Below are positions 1-10,708 of a DNA stretch of 64,000 nt, piece after piece; positions within the stretch are counted from its first letter, which is position 1, and each line of letters begins with the position of its first letter. Both the position numbers and the translations under genes were made by a program. A model generated the notes under the pieces. That model had not been told where the DNA came from. It saw only the letters and a program-made list of their open reading frames with translations, and did not search any database. The stretch covers positions 32,736,001 to 32,800,000 of the forward strand of contig OZ024751.1 in NCBI GenBank assembly GCA_964016885.1, written 5' to 3'. Origin of the DNA: Eledone cirrhosa. Lineage: Eukaryota.

Positions 1-475
1 ATTATAAAAGATTAACATGACACCTTACATGTATCTCATGGACCAGGATTGAACCTGAGTCCCCAATTCAACCCTCAGACCAGGATTGAACACCCAGAAC
101 AGGATCTCACCATCTCTGGTACTTCCCACTAAGCTACCGAGACTGATACAAAGATGTACTGAAATTTAATATTTATAAACCTACTTTCAAAATAAAATTA
201 AAAATAAAATATATATATATATATATTCCTTTGACATTTCTTAGAAAAAAGAACTGAAAAAGTTTTGTGAGAACGCCAATGTCTATTTATTTTATTTTAT
301 TTTTAATTAAATTAGTTATATTTTGAAAGTAGGTTTATAAATATTAATTTTCAATAGACCTTTGTAGCAGTCTTGGTGGCTTAGTGGGAAGTACCAGAGA
401 TGGTGAGATCCTTGTCTGTAAGTTCAATTCTTGCTTGGAGACATGTCTAATGTGTCCTATTAATCTTTTTTTAAT
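1..475. repeat. Inverted pair of tRNA-like (Pol III type 2) units with shared upstream flanks
   Basis: aggatctcaccatctctggtacttcccactaagc (101-134) is the reverse complement of gcttagtgggaagtaccagagatggtgagatcct (379-412). Similarity extends over ~1-210 versus ~296-475. The plus copy has A box tggcttagtgg, B box agttcaattc and a T-run at ~466-472. Confidence 0.75.
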
Positions 476-592
476 TTTCCTTTTACATCTCTTAGAAATA
501 ACTGAAAATCTTTGGTGAGAACCCCATTGTCTATTTATCTAATATAATTAATTTAATTTAATTTAATTTAATTTTTATTTTAGTGAAACCAC

Positions 593-934
593 TGTTGTAT
601 TCAAGAGACCAGGTGGAGGGGTGGGTCTGCTAGATTCATCGTGGGTAAAGAACGGTGCTATGAACTTTTCTGGGTGGGAAATGACAATGGGCTGGGTATA
701 CACATACCACCCCACCTCCCCACCGCAAAGTGGTCGTGGAGGCGCCGCGGCCAAAAAGCACCCAGCCCACACTGTAAAGCTGACGTGGAGGTGCCACGGA
801 AAAAAAAAAGCACCCAGCACTCACTGCAAACGGGGTTGGCGTCAGGAAGGGCACCCAGCTGTAGAAACCAATCCAGAATCAGCTCCCACCCCACCCTTGC
901 AAGCATGGAAAAGCGGACGTATGATGAAGTTGAT
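593..934 (+). mobile_element. Internally deleted RTE LINE, unit 1 (5' truncated)
   Basis: [10 protein letters not shown]-coding endonuclease fragment joined to the RTE-type 3' tail ending gcaagcatggaaaagcggacgtatgatga. Confidence 0.85.
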
Positions 935-1028
935 ATATATATATATATATATTAGTATATATATACACATACATATGTACACATATACACATACATATAT
1001 ATATACACACACATATATATCAGTGTAC

Positions 1029-1063
<35 letters not shown>

Positions 1064-1533
1064 AATGAATATTTATTCAATTTAAAGCGCCAATTATCTA
1101 TATATAACAAGATATGAATTTTTCTAGGGATGGGGAAATTTTCAGTTTGTTTTTATATTTTCACTTCATTTTTTACTTTCTATTTAATACAGTCTTTGAT
1201 CCAATATAATCCTGACAGTATTTGAACCAGTTTACCTCATATATATGTATGCACACACAACACTCAAGTTTCGCCATCTACTGCTATTTCATTCATATTT
1301 ATTGTTTAATTAACTCTGGTCTAATTCATCAACTATTGTTAATTATATTATTACGTAGATTTCTTATAAAATCTAGTGCATATATACGTGTATATATACA
1401 GGGAGACACTGTGTAATAGATGTAAAGAGAGTGGGAGATAGAGTTATAGAAGTAAAGAGAGGGAGAGAAATAAGCGGTAGATAGAGCAATAGATGTAAAG
1501 AGAGGGTTAGAACGTTCAACTTGACAGTCAGTA

Positions 1534-1605
1534 CATATGCCAACTACCCAACCGGCCAGCCAGCCGTATTTGCGGTTGACTGGCCAGTTGGGCGGTTGGT
1601 ATGTG
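1534..1605. repeat. 72-nt imperfect hairpin between ~55 bp direct repeats; also 7468-7539, 13330-13401, 19256-19327
   Basis: In unit 2, catatgccaactacccaaccggccagccagccgcat pairs with atgcggttgactggccagttgggcggttggtatgtg. The flanks both read gaacgttcaact...cagtcagtac...tagccagt(a/g)catatgcc. Confidence 0.85.
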
Positions 1606-1737
1606 GAACGTTCAACTATGCAGTCAGTACCAAAGTTCAACATTGTAGCCAGTGCATATGCCGATCGCCGCGACCTCTTTGCTCTATTTAAATGACCTGG
1701 AACTAAGTAAAAAGAGTAGGAGATAACTCGACAAGAG

Positions 1738-1821
1738 CGGAGAGGGTGAGATTCGAACCATGTAAAGTCGTTGGCTCCTGAACTTCGTAAGCGGGGCTGC
1801 TACTGACTGAGCAACGCCGGC
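1738..1821 (-). pseudogene. tRNA-like / SINE-head element; also 7672-7755, 13534-13617, 19460-19543
   Basis: Minus strand reads gccggcg-ttgctcagtcag (A-box-like) ... ggttcgaatc (B box), with TTTTT ~25 nt downstream. The acceptor stem does not pair. Confidence 0.6.
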
Positions 1822-2802
1822 AGCAAGGCAAATCGCGCATAAAATAACGCTTATATCGAGAAAATAAAACAAAAATTTCAATGTTGCACTTTTGTTTGTT
1901 GTTCTTTTATTTTACGTAAACATTTCGCTGCTCTAGCCTCTTATTTCCTATTAGATTACACTTAATTCCATTAAACATTCATTCTTAGTCTCGTGGTAAA
2001 CTATTTCATCTATATTTATATCGTTGTTACAGCCTTTTATTTCTACATCTATCACCTATAGCCACTGTTACGCCGGTAGTATAAGTAGCTTTATAACAAG
2101 AAACGATGATATAACTCCACAAAATGTCTTCTTGAGCAAGACACTTCACCTCATATTGCTCCAGTACACCGAGTTACACATAGACAGATACATACATACA
2201 CATATATATGTACACAGATAGAAATAAGAGGGAGATAGAGTAAAAGATGTAAAAATAGTGTAAAAGATTTAAAGAGAGGGTGAGAGTGTGACACACATTT
2301 ATCTGTCTATCTCTCTCTATTTTAACACCGCTCGTTATAATTAGTTTTATAACACCGCTATATTACCGACATGAAAGAGGTAAATAATTATTTCTTAAAT
2401 GTTTAGAACATGTTTCTCTTGTCTTCTTAAATGTATAGAACATGTTTCTTATTTATATTCTTAACATAGCTAGGACCTTATCTCATTTACTGGTCTCTAC
2501 TTTTAGGGCTTTGCTGGTCCCATGTGCCCTCCATGAAGACACACTCGCCCCTTCTCTCTCAGTCTCCGTACTAATTACTACACATACGTATATATATTTA
2601 TTTTAAGAAACCTTAATGACAAATAATATAAAGTGTTTGTAAAGTGGGGAAGAGTAGTTTTACGGTGGGGTTGTTATATAGATATCGTTTTTGCAGTGGG
2701 GTCGTGACTGGCGTATAATAATGAGTCACTGTTGATGTATATACAAATCATGTTTTGGATATAAGTGAAGTTATTTAAGAGATTTAGTTGTTTTGTATAC
2801 AT

Positions 2803-4804
2803 TCATAACGGTACGCGATGGGACCCACCCACAGCCCCGGCGGACAGAATGGAGAAGGCGTTTCCCCGGAGCACGGCAAGGGAGACGCGCTGGAAAAGCC
2901 ACTCCAACTCGCGGGGCTCACACCTGCGACTGGCCAGCTCAGCGCCTATGGTGGTGAGTAAGGAGGTAGCCCTGGGGTCGAGGACACCAGAAGTCTCCAC
3001 TTCCAGGGGTACGACCGCAAACCTGTCGGAGAGTGAACGATATGTGAGGAGTTTGGCCCTCTCAGCCTGACGTGCAGCAGAACCTGGGCCAGTCGCAGAC
3101 TGCACCAGGTTGCGGCTGCAGAAAGTGTCGGTGCAAGTGGCATCCCAGACGAGGGGTTTGCCACCGCGGAACGGGAAGATGGTCATGCCATCTGGCCTTT
3201 TGCCGTCCCCTGGAGCTGGGAAGGGAAGCCTGCAGCGTCCAAGCCATGCTTAATGATTTCGTTGAGGGCAGCATGGCGTGGATTGCGGCTGGCACTGTGG
3301 CGACAGGAAAGCGGGTGGAGGCCGAAAGAGTCCATGGTGGAACGGCAGCGACATTGGTGTGAGGCCGAGCCTCAGGGAAACGCCGATGCGCAAGCTATGG
3401 TTGTCTAGCTGCGTGCGAGTGGAGAAGGAGGGCAGGGCATGGAGCCAGGCCCCACTGTGGGGTTTGGAGGCCGCACGAAAACAAACAAGGCGGTGCTGGT
3501 CGAGCTGGCACGTGAGCCTGTCTGAGGCCAGGCTGCACTGGATGGCATCCCAAGTGTGTTGGGGGGACTTGACGTCAACAGGGGGAGAAGGAGGAGGAAC
3601 GTCTACTGGGCTAAGTCCCAGCCGGTGCCACGTCTCACAGGCGGCCACGCGTTCTCTGAACACAGAGGGTTCTGTTGTGTTTTGAAGAACCCTGCTGAGG
3701 TGGACGTGGTACGAGGTTACCGACGAAAGATACGCCGGCAAAGCTAGTGAGATCGGGGACTGGAGGCGAAGGTCGCCATACCTGATAGGTAAAGTTGCAT
3801 ATCTCATCGGCTGCTGCTCGGATACAAGTCTGGGTGTAGCACAGAGTGTATAGAGGAGCTTCGGCATGGCGTAGCAGTTCCTCAGCAGAAAGAGAACTGG
3901 GTGGCCATCAATCAAGCCCAGTCGGCTCGTGAGAGTCTGAACTTGATGGTGGAGCGGATGGCCGGCGGGTGGATCGGTGAGGGCATCCTCTTTGGGGGTC
4001 ACCTGAACCTGGCGGAGAATGGACCGCACGTCCAAGACGGAGACTGCAAAGCTTGCAGCATCGAGGCTGACATTCACCACCTCCGACTTGGCTGAGTTGA
4101 CCTGGAGGTCGATTCCCGCCAGGGCAGGAACCACCGATTGAAGGTCATGGCAGACCGCCTGTACGGGCCCACCCAAAGTAGCATCATCCAGATACCAAAC
4201 GTTGAGAGGGGCCGTTATACTCCGGGCGATGTGGTCAATACCAAGGGTGAACAGGAGGGGTCCCAAAGGGTTGCCCTGTTGGATCCCAGTAGCCAAGGGT
4301 ATGACCGTATCAGCAGCATGTCGCATGCTCGGGGCTCCATATGACAGCTAGGCAGAGGGGGATCGGCTGAGGCAGGCCTCGAGCAGATGATCCCAGCGTA
4401 AAGAGTTGAAGGCATTCCTCATGTCAAACTTGACAATGAGGTGGCTGGAGTCCCTGGATGCCGGTTCCGAGTGTTACGGACTTGCAGGTTACCTTGGCAG
4501 CCAGCCTCCGGAAGACATTGCCCACAGCAATGGGGCGTATGCCACCCTCTTTCTTCCTGAGAGCGGTGAAGCTGGCTGAAAAAAAGAGGCCTCGAGCATA
4601 AGAGTCCAGGGCGCCATGGATGAGCCTATTGGTGAGCGCCACAATTGCACTCAGAAGGCGGCGCCCGGCCTCAGCGGAGAGGAGAGATGTCAACTCCTTG
4701 AGGAGGCCTGGTCAGAGACCATCAATATCACCGCAGCTGCTAGCTGGGAAGGACCTGATGGCGGACATGATGTCTGCATCAGAAGCCACAAGGAGCAAGT
4801 GTGG
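2803..4804 (-). mobile_element. CRE-clade non-LTR retrotransposon (RT, CCHC knuckle, restriction-like endonuclease), 5' truncated and frameshifted, unit 1
   Basis: Motifs GIRPIAVGNVFRRLAAK, DMRNAFNS, GIQQGNPLGPLLF, WYLDD, SGAWLHALP, CRC-x9-H-x3-C, RPDG...LVWDATCTD, QRVSLAVLRGNA. Confidence 0.88.
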
Positions 4805-4899
4805 ATTACAATACAAAACCTCTGAGAATGATTTCTAAGATATTTCACCATAATTAATTTTCATCAATATATATTAATATTATTATTGTTTATTAGGTC

Positions 4900-5145
4900 A
4901 GGTGGATTGGCCAGAACAATTCTACTCTTCTTTTTTAGATGTCACGATTTTTCATGGCATTACTGAGATCATTAATCTCCAGCTGGAGATCCAGAGACAT
5001 CTGATGTATGTAGGTGAACCTCAGTCATCCCACTTGGGTCTTACTATGTTTAGGTATCCACCACAGGAGCCAGCTCATCAGGTCATCCTACCCTCAGCAG
5101 CAATGTCCAGCATCTATTGATTTCCGCTCCCTAGTTATTGTGGTA
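4900..5145 (-). mobile_element. Old RTE-like LINE C-terminal fragment (in all four units)
   Basis: Minus strand encodes AGHCC...TYIHQMSLDLQLEINDLSNAMKNRDI, resembling the RTE C-terminal GH...TY.D.L..D...AM.DR pattern. Confidence 0.5.
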
Positions 5146-5252
5146 ATCTTCGATATCTGGGAATATATTTCTTCTGCTTAAGGGAGTAATAAATATATAG
5201 TTTTAAAAAAAACATATATATACACACACATATATATATGTTGTCATTTATA

Positions 5253-5392
5253 AGAGTTCTCTATCAAAAGCCTTCTCTATGTCCAAAGCTAAGTATAGTG
5301 GCTTATTTTTCTCTAAGAACCTCTTTTGTAGTTGTCTCACTAAGAAGAGGGCATCTGTTGCACTTTTCAGCGGCACAAAACCAAACTGCATC
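5253..5392 (-). mobile_element. RTE reverse transcriptase fragment (in all four units)
   Basis: MQFGFVPLKSATDALFLVRQLQKRFLEKNKPLYLALDIEKAFDR. Confidence 0.9.
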
Positions 5393-5435
5393 TAATACAT
5401 ATACATACATACATACATATACACATACATACATA

Positions 5436-5786
5436 CATCATCATCATCATCATCATCATTTCGTTTTAAGTCCGCTTTTTCCCTGCTTGCAAGGGTGGGA
5501 CGGAACTGATTCTGGCTTGATTTCTACAGCTGGATGCCCTTCCTAACACCAACCTCATTTACAGTGAGTGCTGAGTGCTTTTTTGCCGTGGCACCTCCAC
5601 GACCACTTTGCAGTGGAATGATATGGACCCCAGTCCCTATCATCTCATTTCTACAGCTGAGTAAACTGGAGCAATGTGAAATAAAGTGTCTTGCTCAAGG
5701 AAACAACACATCACCCGGTCTGAGAATTGAACTCACAACCTTTCGATTGCCAGGCCAATGCTCGAACCACTAAGCCATGTGCCTCC
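5436..5786 (-). mobile_element. tRNA-derived SINE with RTE-type tail; also 11355-11708, 17232-17586, 23158-23521
   Basis: Minus strand: A box tggcttagtgg, B box gagttcaattc, central ccttgagcaagacactt (V-domain-like), tail ttaggaagggcatccagc...cccttgcaagc, ending in (ATG)n. Confidence 0.9.
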
Positions 5787-6287
5787 ATATACATATACAT
5801 ACACATACATATACATACATATATATATACATACATACATATATACACATACATACATACACATACATACACATATACATACATATATATACATACATAC
5901 ACATACATAGATATATATATATACATAATATAAATATACACACATACACATACATAAGCATATACACATAAGTATATTTACATATACACACGTATATATA
6001 CATATACATACATACATATATACACATACATACATATATACATACATACACACATATACATACATATATACATATACACATACATACATATACATACATA
6101 TACACATACATATATATATATATACATACACACACATATATACATACACACACATATATACAAACACATACATATACACATATATACACATACATACACA
6201 TACATATACATACATATACACATATACACTCATATATACATATACATACATACACACACATACATACATATATACATATACATACAT
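5787..6287. repeat. Compound (TACA)/(TA)/(CA) microsatellite; also 11709-12181, 17587-18081, 23522-24239
   Basis: Read directly; source of the spurious YIH/MCV-rich ORFs. Confidence 0.97.
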
Positions 6288-6836
6288 AAAGACAAATCCA
6301 CCTCATGGACGAGAATGCAAGGGCTCCTCCTCTTTGTTTCGGCCGCGGATGGCTAACCCTAACCCCATCCCCGCTCCCCACTGCTCCCAACCTCCAAACG
6401 CAATCCAAAACTTCAGAGTTGGTACCATTAATGTAGGCACCTTATAGGGTGGCTCTAACGAGGTTGTAGAAATGCTTGAACGTAAGGAGGTCGATGTTTG
6501 TTGTATTCAAGAGACCAGGTGGAGGGGTGGGTCTGCTAGATTCATCGTGGGTAAAGAACGATGCTATACGCTTTTCTGTGTGGCAAATGACAATGGGCTG
6601 GGTATACACATACCACCCCACCTCCCCACCGCAAAGTGGTCGTGGAGGCGCCGCGGCCAAAAAGCACCAAGCCCACACTGTAAAGCTGACGTGGAGGTGC
6701 CACGGAAAATAAAAAGCACCCAGCACTCACTGCAAACGGGGTTGGCGTCAGGAAGGGCACCCAGCTGTAGAAACCAATCCAGAATCAGCTCCCACCCCAC
6801 CCTTGCAAGCATGGAAAAGCGGACGTATGATGAAGT

Positions 6837-6840
<4 letters not shown>
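6288..6840 (+). mobile_element. Bipartite non-autonomous RTE (5' end fused to 3' tail); also 12182-12733, 18082-18634, partial 24240-24311
   Basis: 6288-6603 matches 35357-35673 (start of the long [26 protein letters not shown]), then jumps to a 3' tail shared with the SINE at 5436-5786. Confidence 0.88.
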
Positions 6841-6901
<61 letters not shown>

Positions 6902-8750
6902 TATATATATACACATATATATATACACACATATATATCAGTGTACATATATATATACATATATATATATATATAAATGAATATTTATTCAATTTAAAGC
7001 GCCAATTATCTATATATAACAAGATATGAATTTTTCTAGGGATGGGGAAATTTTCAGTTTGTTTTTATATTTTCACTTCATTTTTTACTTTCTATTTAAT
7101 ACAGTCTTTGATCCAATATAATCCTGACAGTATTTGAACCAGTTTACCTCATATATATGTATGCACACACAACACTCAAGTTTCGCCATCTACTGCTATT
7201 TCATTCATATTTATTGTTTAATTAACTCTGGTCTAATTCATCAACTATTGTTAATTATATTATTACGTAGATTTCTTATAAAATCTAGTGCATATATACG
7301 TGTATATATACAGGGAGACACTGTAATAGATGTAAAGAGAGTGGGAGATAGAGTTATAGAAGTAAAGAGAGGGGGAGAACTAAGCGGTAGATAGAGTAAT
7401 AGATGTAAAGAGAGGGTTAGAACGTTCAACTTGACAGTCAGTACAATGTTCAGCATGGTAGCCAGTACATATGCCAACTACCCAACCGGCCAGCCAGCCG
7501 CATATGCGGTTGACTGGCCAGTTGGGCGGTTGGTATGTGGAACGTTCAACTACGCAGTCAGTACCAAAGTTCAACATTGTAGCCAGTGCATATGCCGATC
7601 GCCGCGCCCTCTTTGCTCTATTTTAATGACCTGGAACTAAGTAAAAAGAGTAGGAGATAACTCGACAAGAGCGGAGAGGGTGAGATTCGAACCATGTAAA
7701 GTCGTTGGCTCCTGAAGTTCGTAAGCGGAGCTGCTACTGACTGAGCAGCGCCGGCAGCAAGGCAAATCGCGCATAAAATAACGCTTATATCGACAAAAAA
7801 AAAAAAAAAATTTCAATGTTGCACTCTTGTTTGTTGTTCTTTTATTTTACGTAAACATTTCGCTGCTCTAGCCTCTTATTTCCTATTAGATTACACTTAA
7901 TTCCATTAAACATTCATTCTTAGTCTCGTGGTAAACTATTTCATCTATATTTATATCGCTGTTACAGCCTTTTATTTCTACATCTATCACCTATAGCCAC
8001 TGTTACGCCGGTAGTATAAGTAGCTTTATAACAAGAAACGATGATATAACTCCACAAAATGTCTTCTTCAGCAAGACACTTCACTTCATATTGCTCCAGT
8101 ACACCGAGTTACACATAGACAGATACATACATACATACACAGATAGAAATGAGAGGTAGATAGAGTAAAAGATTTAAAGAGAGTGTGAGAAGTACGAGTT
8201 AGATAGTGTAAAAGATTTAAAGAGAGGGTGAGAGTGTGACACACATTTATCTGTCTATCTCTCTCTATTTTAACACCGGTCGTTATAATTAGTTTTATAA
8301 CACCGCTATATTACCGACATGAAAGAGGTAAATAATTATTTCTTAAATGTTTAGAACATGTTTCTCTTGTCTTCTTAAATGTATAGAACATGTTTCTTAT
8401 TTATATTCTTAACATAGCTAGGACCTTATCTCATTTACTGGTCTCTACTTTTAGGGCTTTGCTGGTCCCATGTGCCCTCCATGAAGACACACTCGCCCCT
8501 TCTCTCTCAGTCTCCGTACTAATTACTACACATACGTATATATATTTATTTTAAGAAACCTTAATGACAAATAATATAAAGTGTTTGTAAAGTGGGGAAG
8601 AGTAGTTTTACGGTGGGGTTGTTATATAGATATCGTTTTTGCAGTGGGGTCGTGACTGGCGTATAATAATGAGTCACTGTTGATGTATATACAAATCATG
8701 TTTTGGATATAAGTGAAGTTATTTAAGAGATTTAGTTGTTTTGTATACAT

Positions 8751-10708
8751 TCATAACGGTACGCGATGGGACCCACCCACAGCCCCGGCGGACAGAATGG
8801 AGAAGGCGTTTCCCCGGAGCACGGCAAGGGAGACGCGCTGGAAAAGCCACTCCAACTCGCGGGGCTCACACCTGCGGCTGGCCAGCTCAGCGCCTATGGT
8901 GGTGAGTAAGGAGGTAGCCCTGGGGCCGAGGACACCAGAAGTCTCCACTTCCAGGGGTACGACCGCAAACCTGTCGGAGAGTGAACGATATGTGAGGAGT
9001 TTGGCCCCCTCAGCCTGACGTGCAGCAGAACCTGGGCCAGTCGCAGACTGCACCAGGTTGCGGCTGCAGAAAGTGTCGGTGCAAGTGGCATCCCAGACGA
9101 GGGGTTTGCCACCGCGGAACGGGAAGATGGTCATGCCATCTAGCCTTTTGCCGTCCCCTCGAGCTGGGAAGGGAAGCCTGCAGCGTCCAAGCCATGCTTA
9201 ATGACTTCGTTGAGGGCAGCATGGCGTGGATTGCGGGTGGAGGCCGAAAGAGTCCATGGTGGAACGGCAGCGACATTGGTGTGAGGCCGAGCCTCAGGGA
9301 AACGCCGATGCGCAAGCTATTGTTGTCTAGCTGCGTGCGAGTGGAGAAGGAGGGCAGGGCATGGAGCCAGGCCCCACTGTGGGGTTTGGAGGCTGCACGA
9401 AAACAAACAAGGCGGTGCTGGTCGAGCTGGCACGTGAGCCTGTCTGAGGCCAGGCTGCACTGGATGGCATCCCAAGTGTGTTGGGGGGGACTTGACGTCA
9501 ACAGGGGGAGAAGGAGGAGGAACGTCTACTGGGCTAAGTCCCAGCCGGTCCCACGTCTCACAGGCGGCCACGCGTTCTCTGAACACAGAAGGTTCTGCTG
9601 AAGAGGACGTGGTACGAGGTTACCGACGAAAGATATGCCGGCAAAGCTAGTGAGATCGGGGACTGGAGGCGAAGGCCGCCATACCTGACAGGTAAAGTTG
9701 CATATCTCATCGGCTGCTGCTCGGATACAAGTTTAGGTGTAGCACAGAGTGTATAGAGGAGCTTCGGCATGGCGTAGCAGTTCCTCAGCAGAAAGAGAAC
9801 TGGGTGGCCATCAATCAAGCCCAGTCGGCTCGTGAGAGTCTGGACTTGATGGAGGAGCGGATGGCCGGCGGGTGGATCGGTGAGGGCATCCTCTTTGGGG
9901 GGTCACCTGAACCTGGCGGAGAATGGACCGCATGTCCAAGACGGAGACTGCAAAGCTTGCAGCATCGAGGCTGACATTCACCACCTCCGACTTGGCTGAG
10001 TTGACCTGGAGGTCGATTCCCGCCAGGGCAGGAACCACCGATTGAAGGTCATGGCAGAACGCCTGTACGGGCCCACCCAAAGTAGCATCATCCAGATACC
10101 AAACGTTGAGAGGGGCCGTTATACTCCAGGCGATGTGGTCAATACCAAGGGTGAACAGGAGGGGTCCCAAAGGGTTGCCCTGTTGGATCCCAGTAGCCAA
10201 GGGTATGACCGTATCAGCAGCATGGCGCATGCTTGGGGCTCCATATGACAGGTAGGCAGAGGGGGCTCGGCTGAGGCAGGCCTCGAGCAGATGATCCCAG
10301 CGTAAAGAGTTGAAGGCATTCCTCATGTCAAACTTGACAATGAGGTGGCTGGAGGCCCTGGATGCCGGTTCCGAGTGTTACGGACTTGCAGATTACCTTG
10401 GCAGCCAGCCTCCGGAAGACATTGCCCACAGCAATGGGGCGTATGCCATCCTCTTTCTTCCTGAGAGCGGTGAGGCTGGCCGAAAAAAAGAGGCCTCGAG
10501 CATAAGAGTCCAGGGCGCCATGGATGAGCCTATTCGTGAGCGCCACAATTGCACTCAGAAGGCGGCGCCCGGCCTCAGCGGAGAGGGGAGATATCAACTC
10601 CTTGAGGAGGCCTGGTCAGAGACCATCAACATCTCCGCAGCTGCTAGCTGGGAAGGACCTGATGGCGGACATGATGTCTGCATCAGAAGCCACAAGGAGC
10701 AAGTGTGG
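8751..10708 (-). mobile_element. CRE-clade retrotransposon relic, unit 2
   Basis: Same motifs as unit 1; 26 bp deletion in the zinc knuckle and a private ~20 bp deletion near 9597. Confidence 0.88.

Noticed and set aside
1738-1821. Functional tRNA gene (also considered at 370-442 and the SINE heads)
   Set aside because: Acceptor and/or anticodon stems do not pair.
2392-2450. Two gaacatgttt p53-like half sites
   Set aside because: They come from a ~33 bp local duplication and are too far apart for a canonical site.
940-2800. Spliced-leader or snRNA gene as the CRE target
   Set aside because: I could not identify a donor-plus-Sm-site arrangement or any snRNA sequence.
5040-5090. ctgatga on the minus strand as a hammerhead ribozyme core
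   Set aside because: No suitably placed GAAA or stems; it lies in a LINE coding relic.
5711-6408. Long Y/I/H/T and M/Y/V/C-rich ORFs, here and at other microsatellites
   Set aside because: Translations of (TACA)/(TA) repeats that are open in most frames.
9020-9601. Plus-strand ORFs of 190-217 aa over the CRE copies
   Set aside because: Antisense shadows of GC-rich retrotransposon coding sequence.
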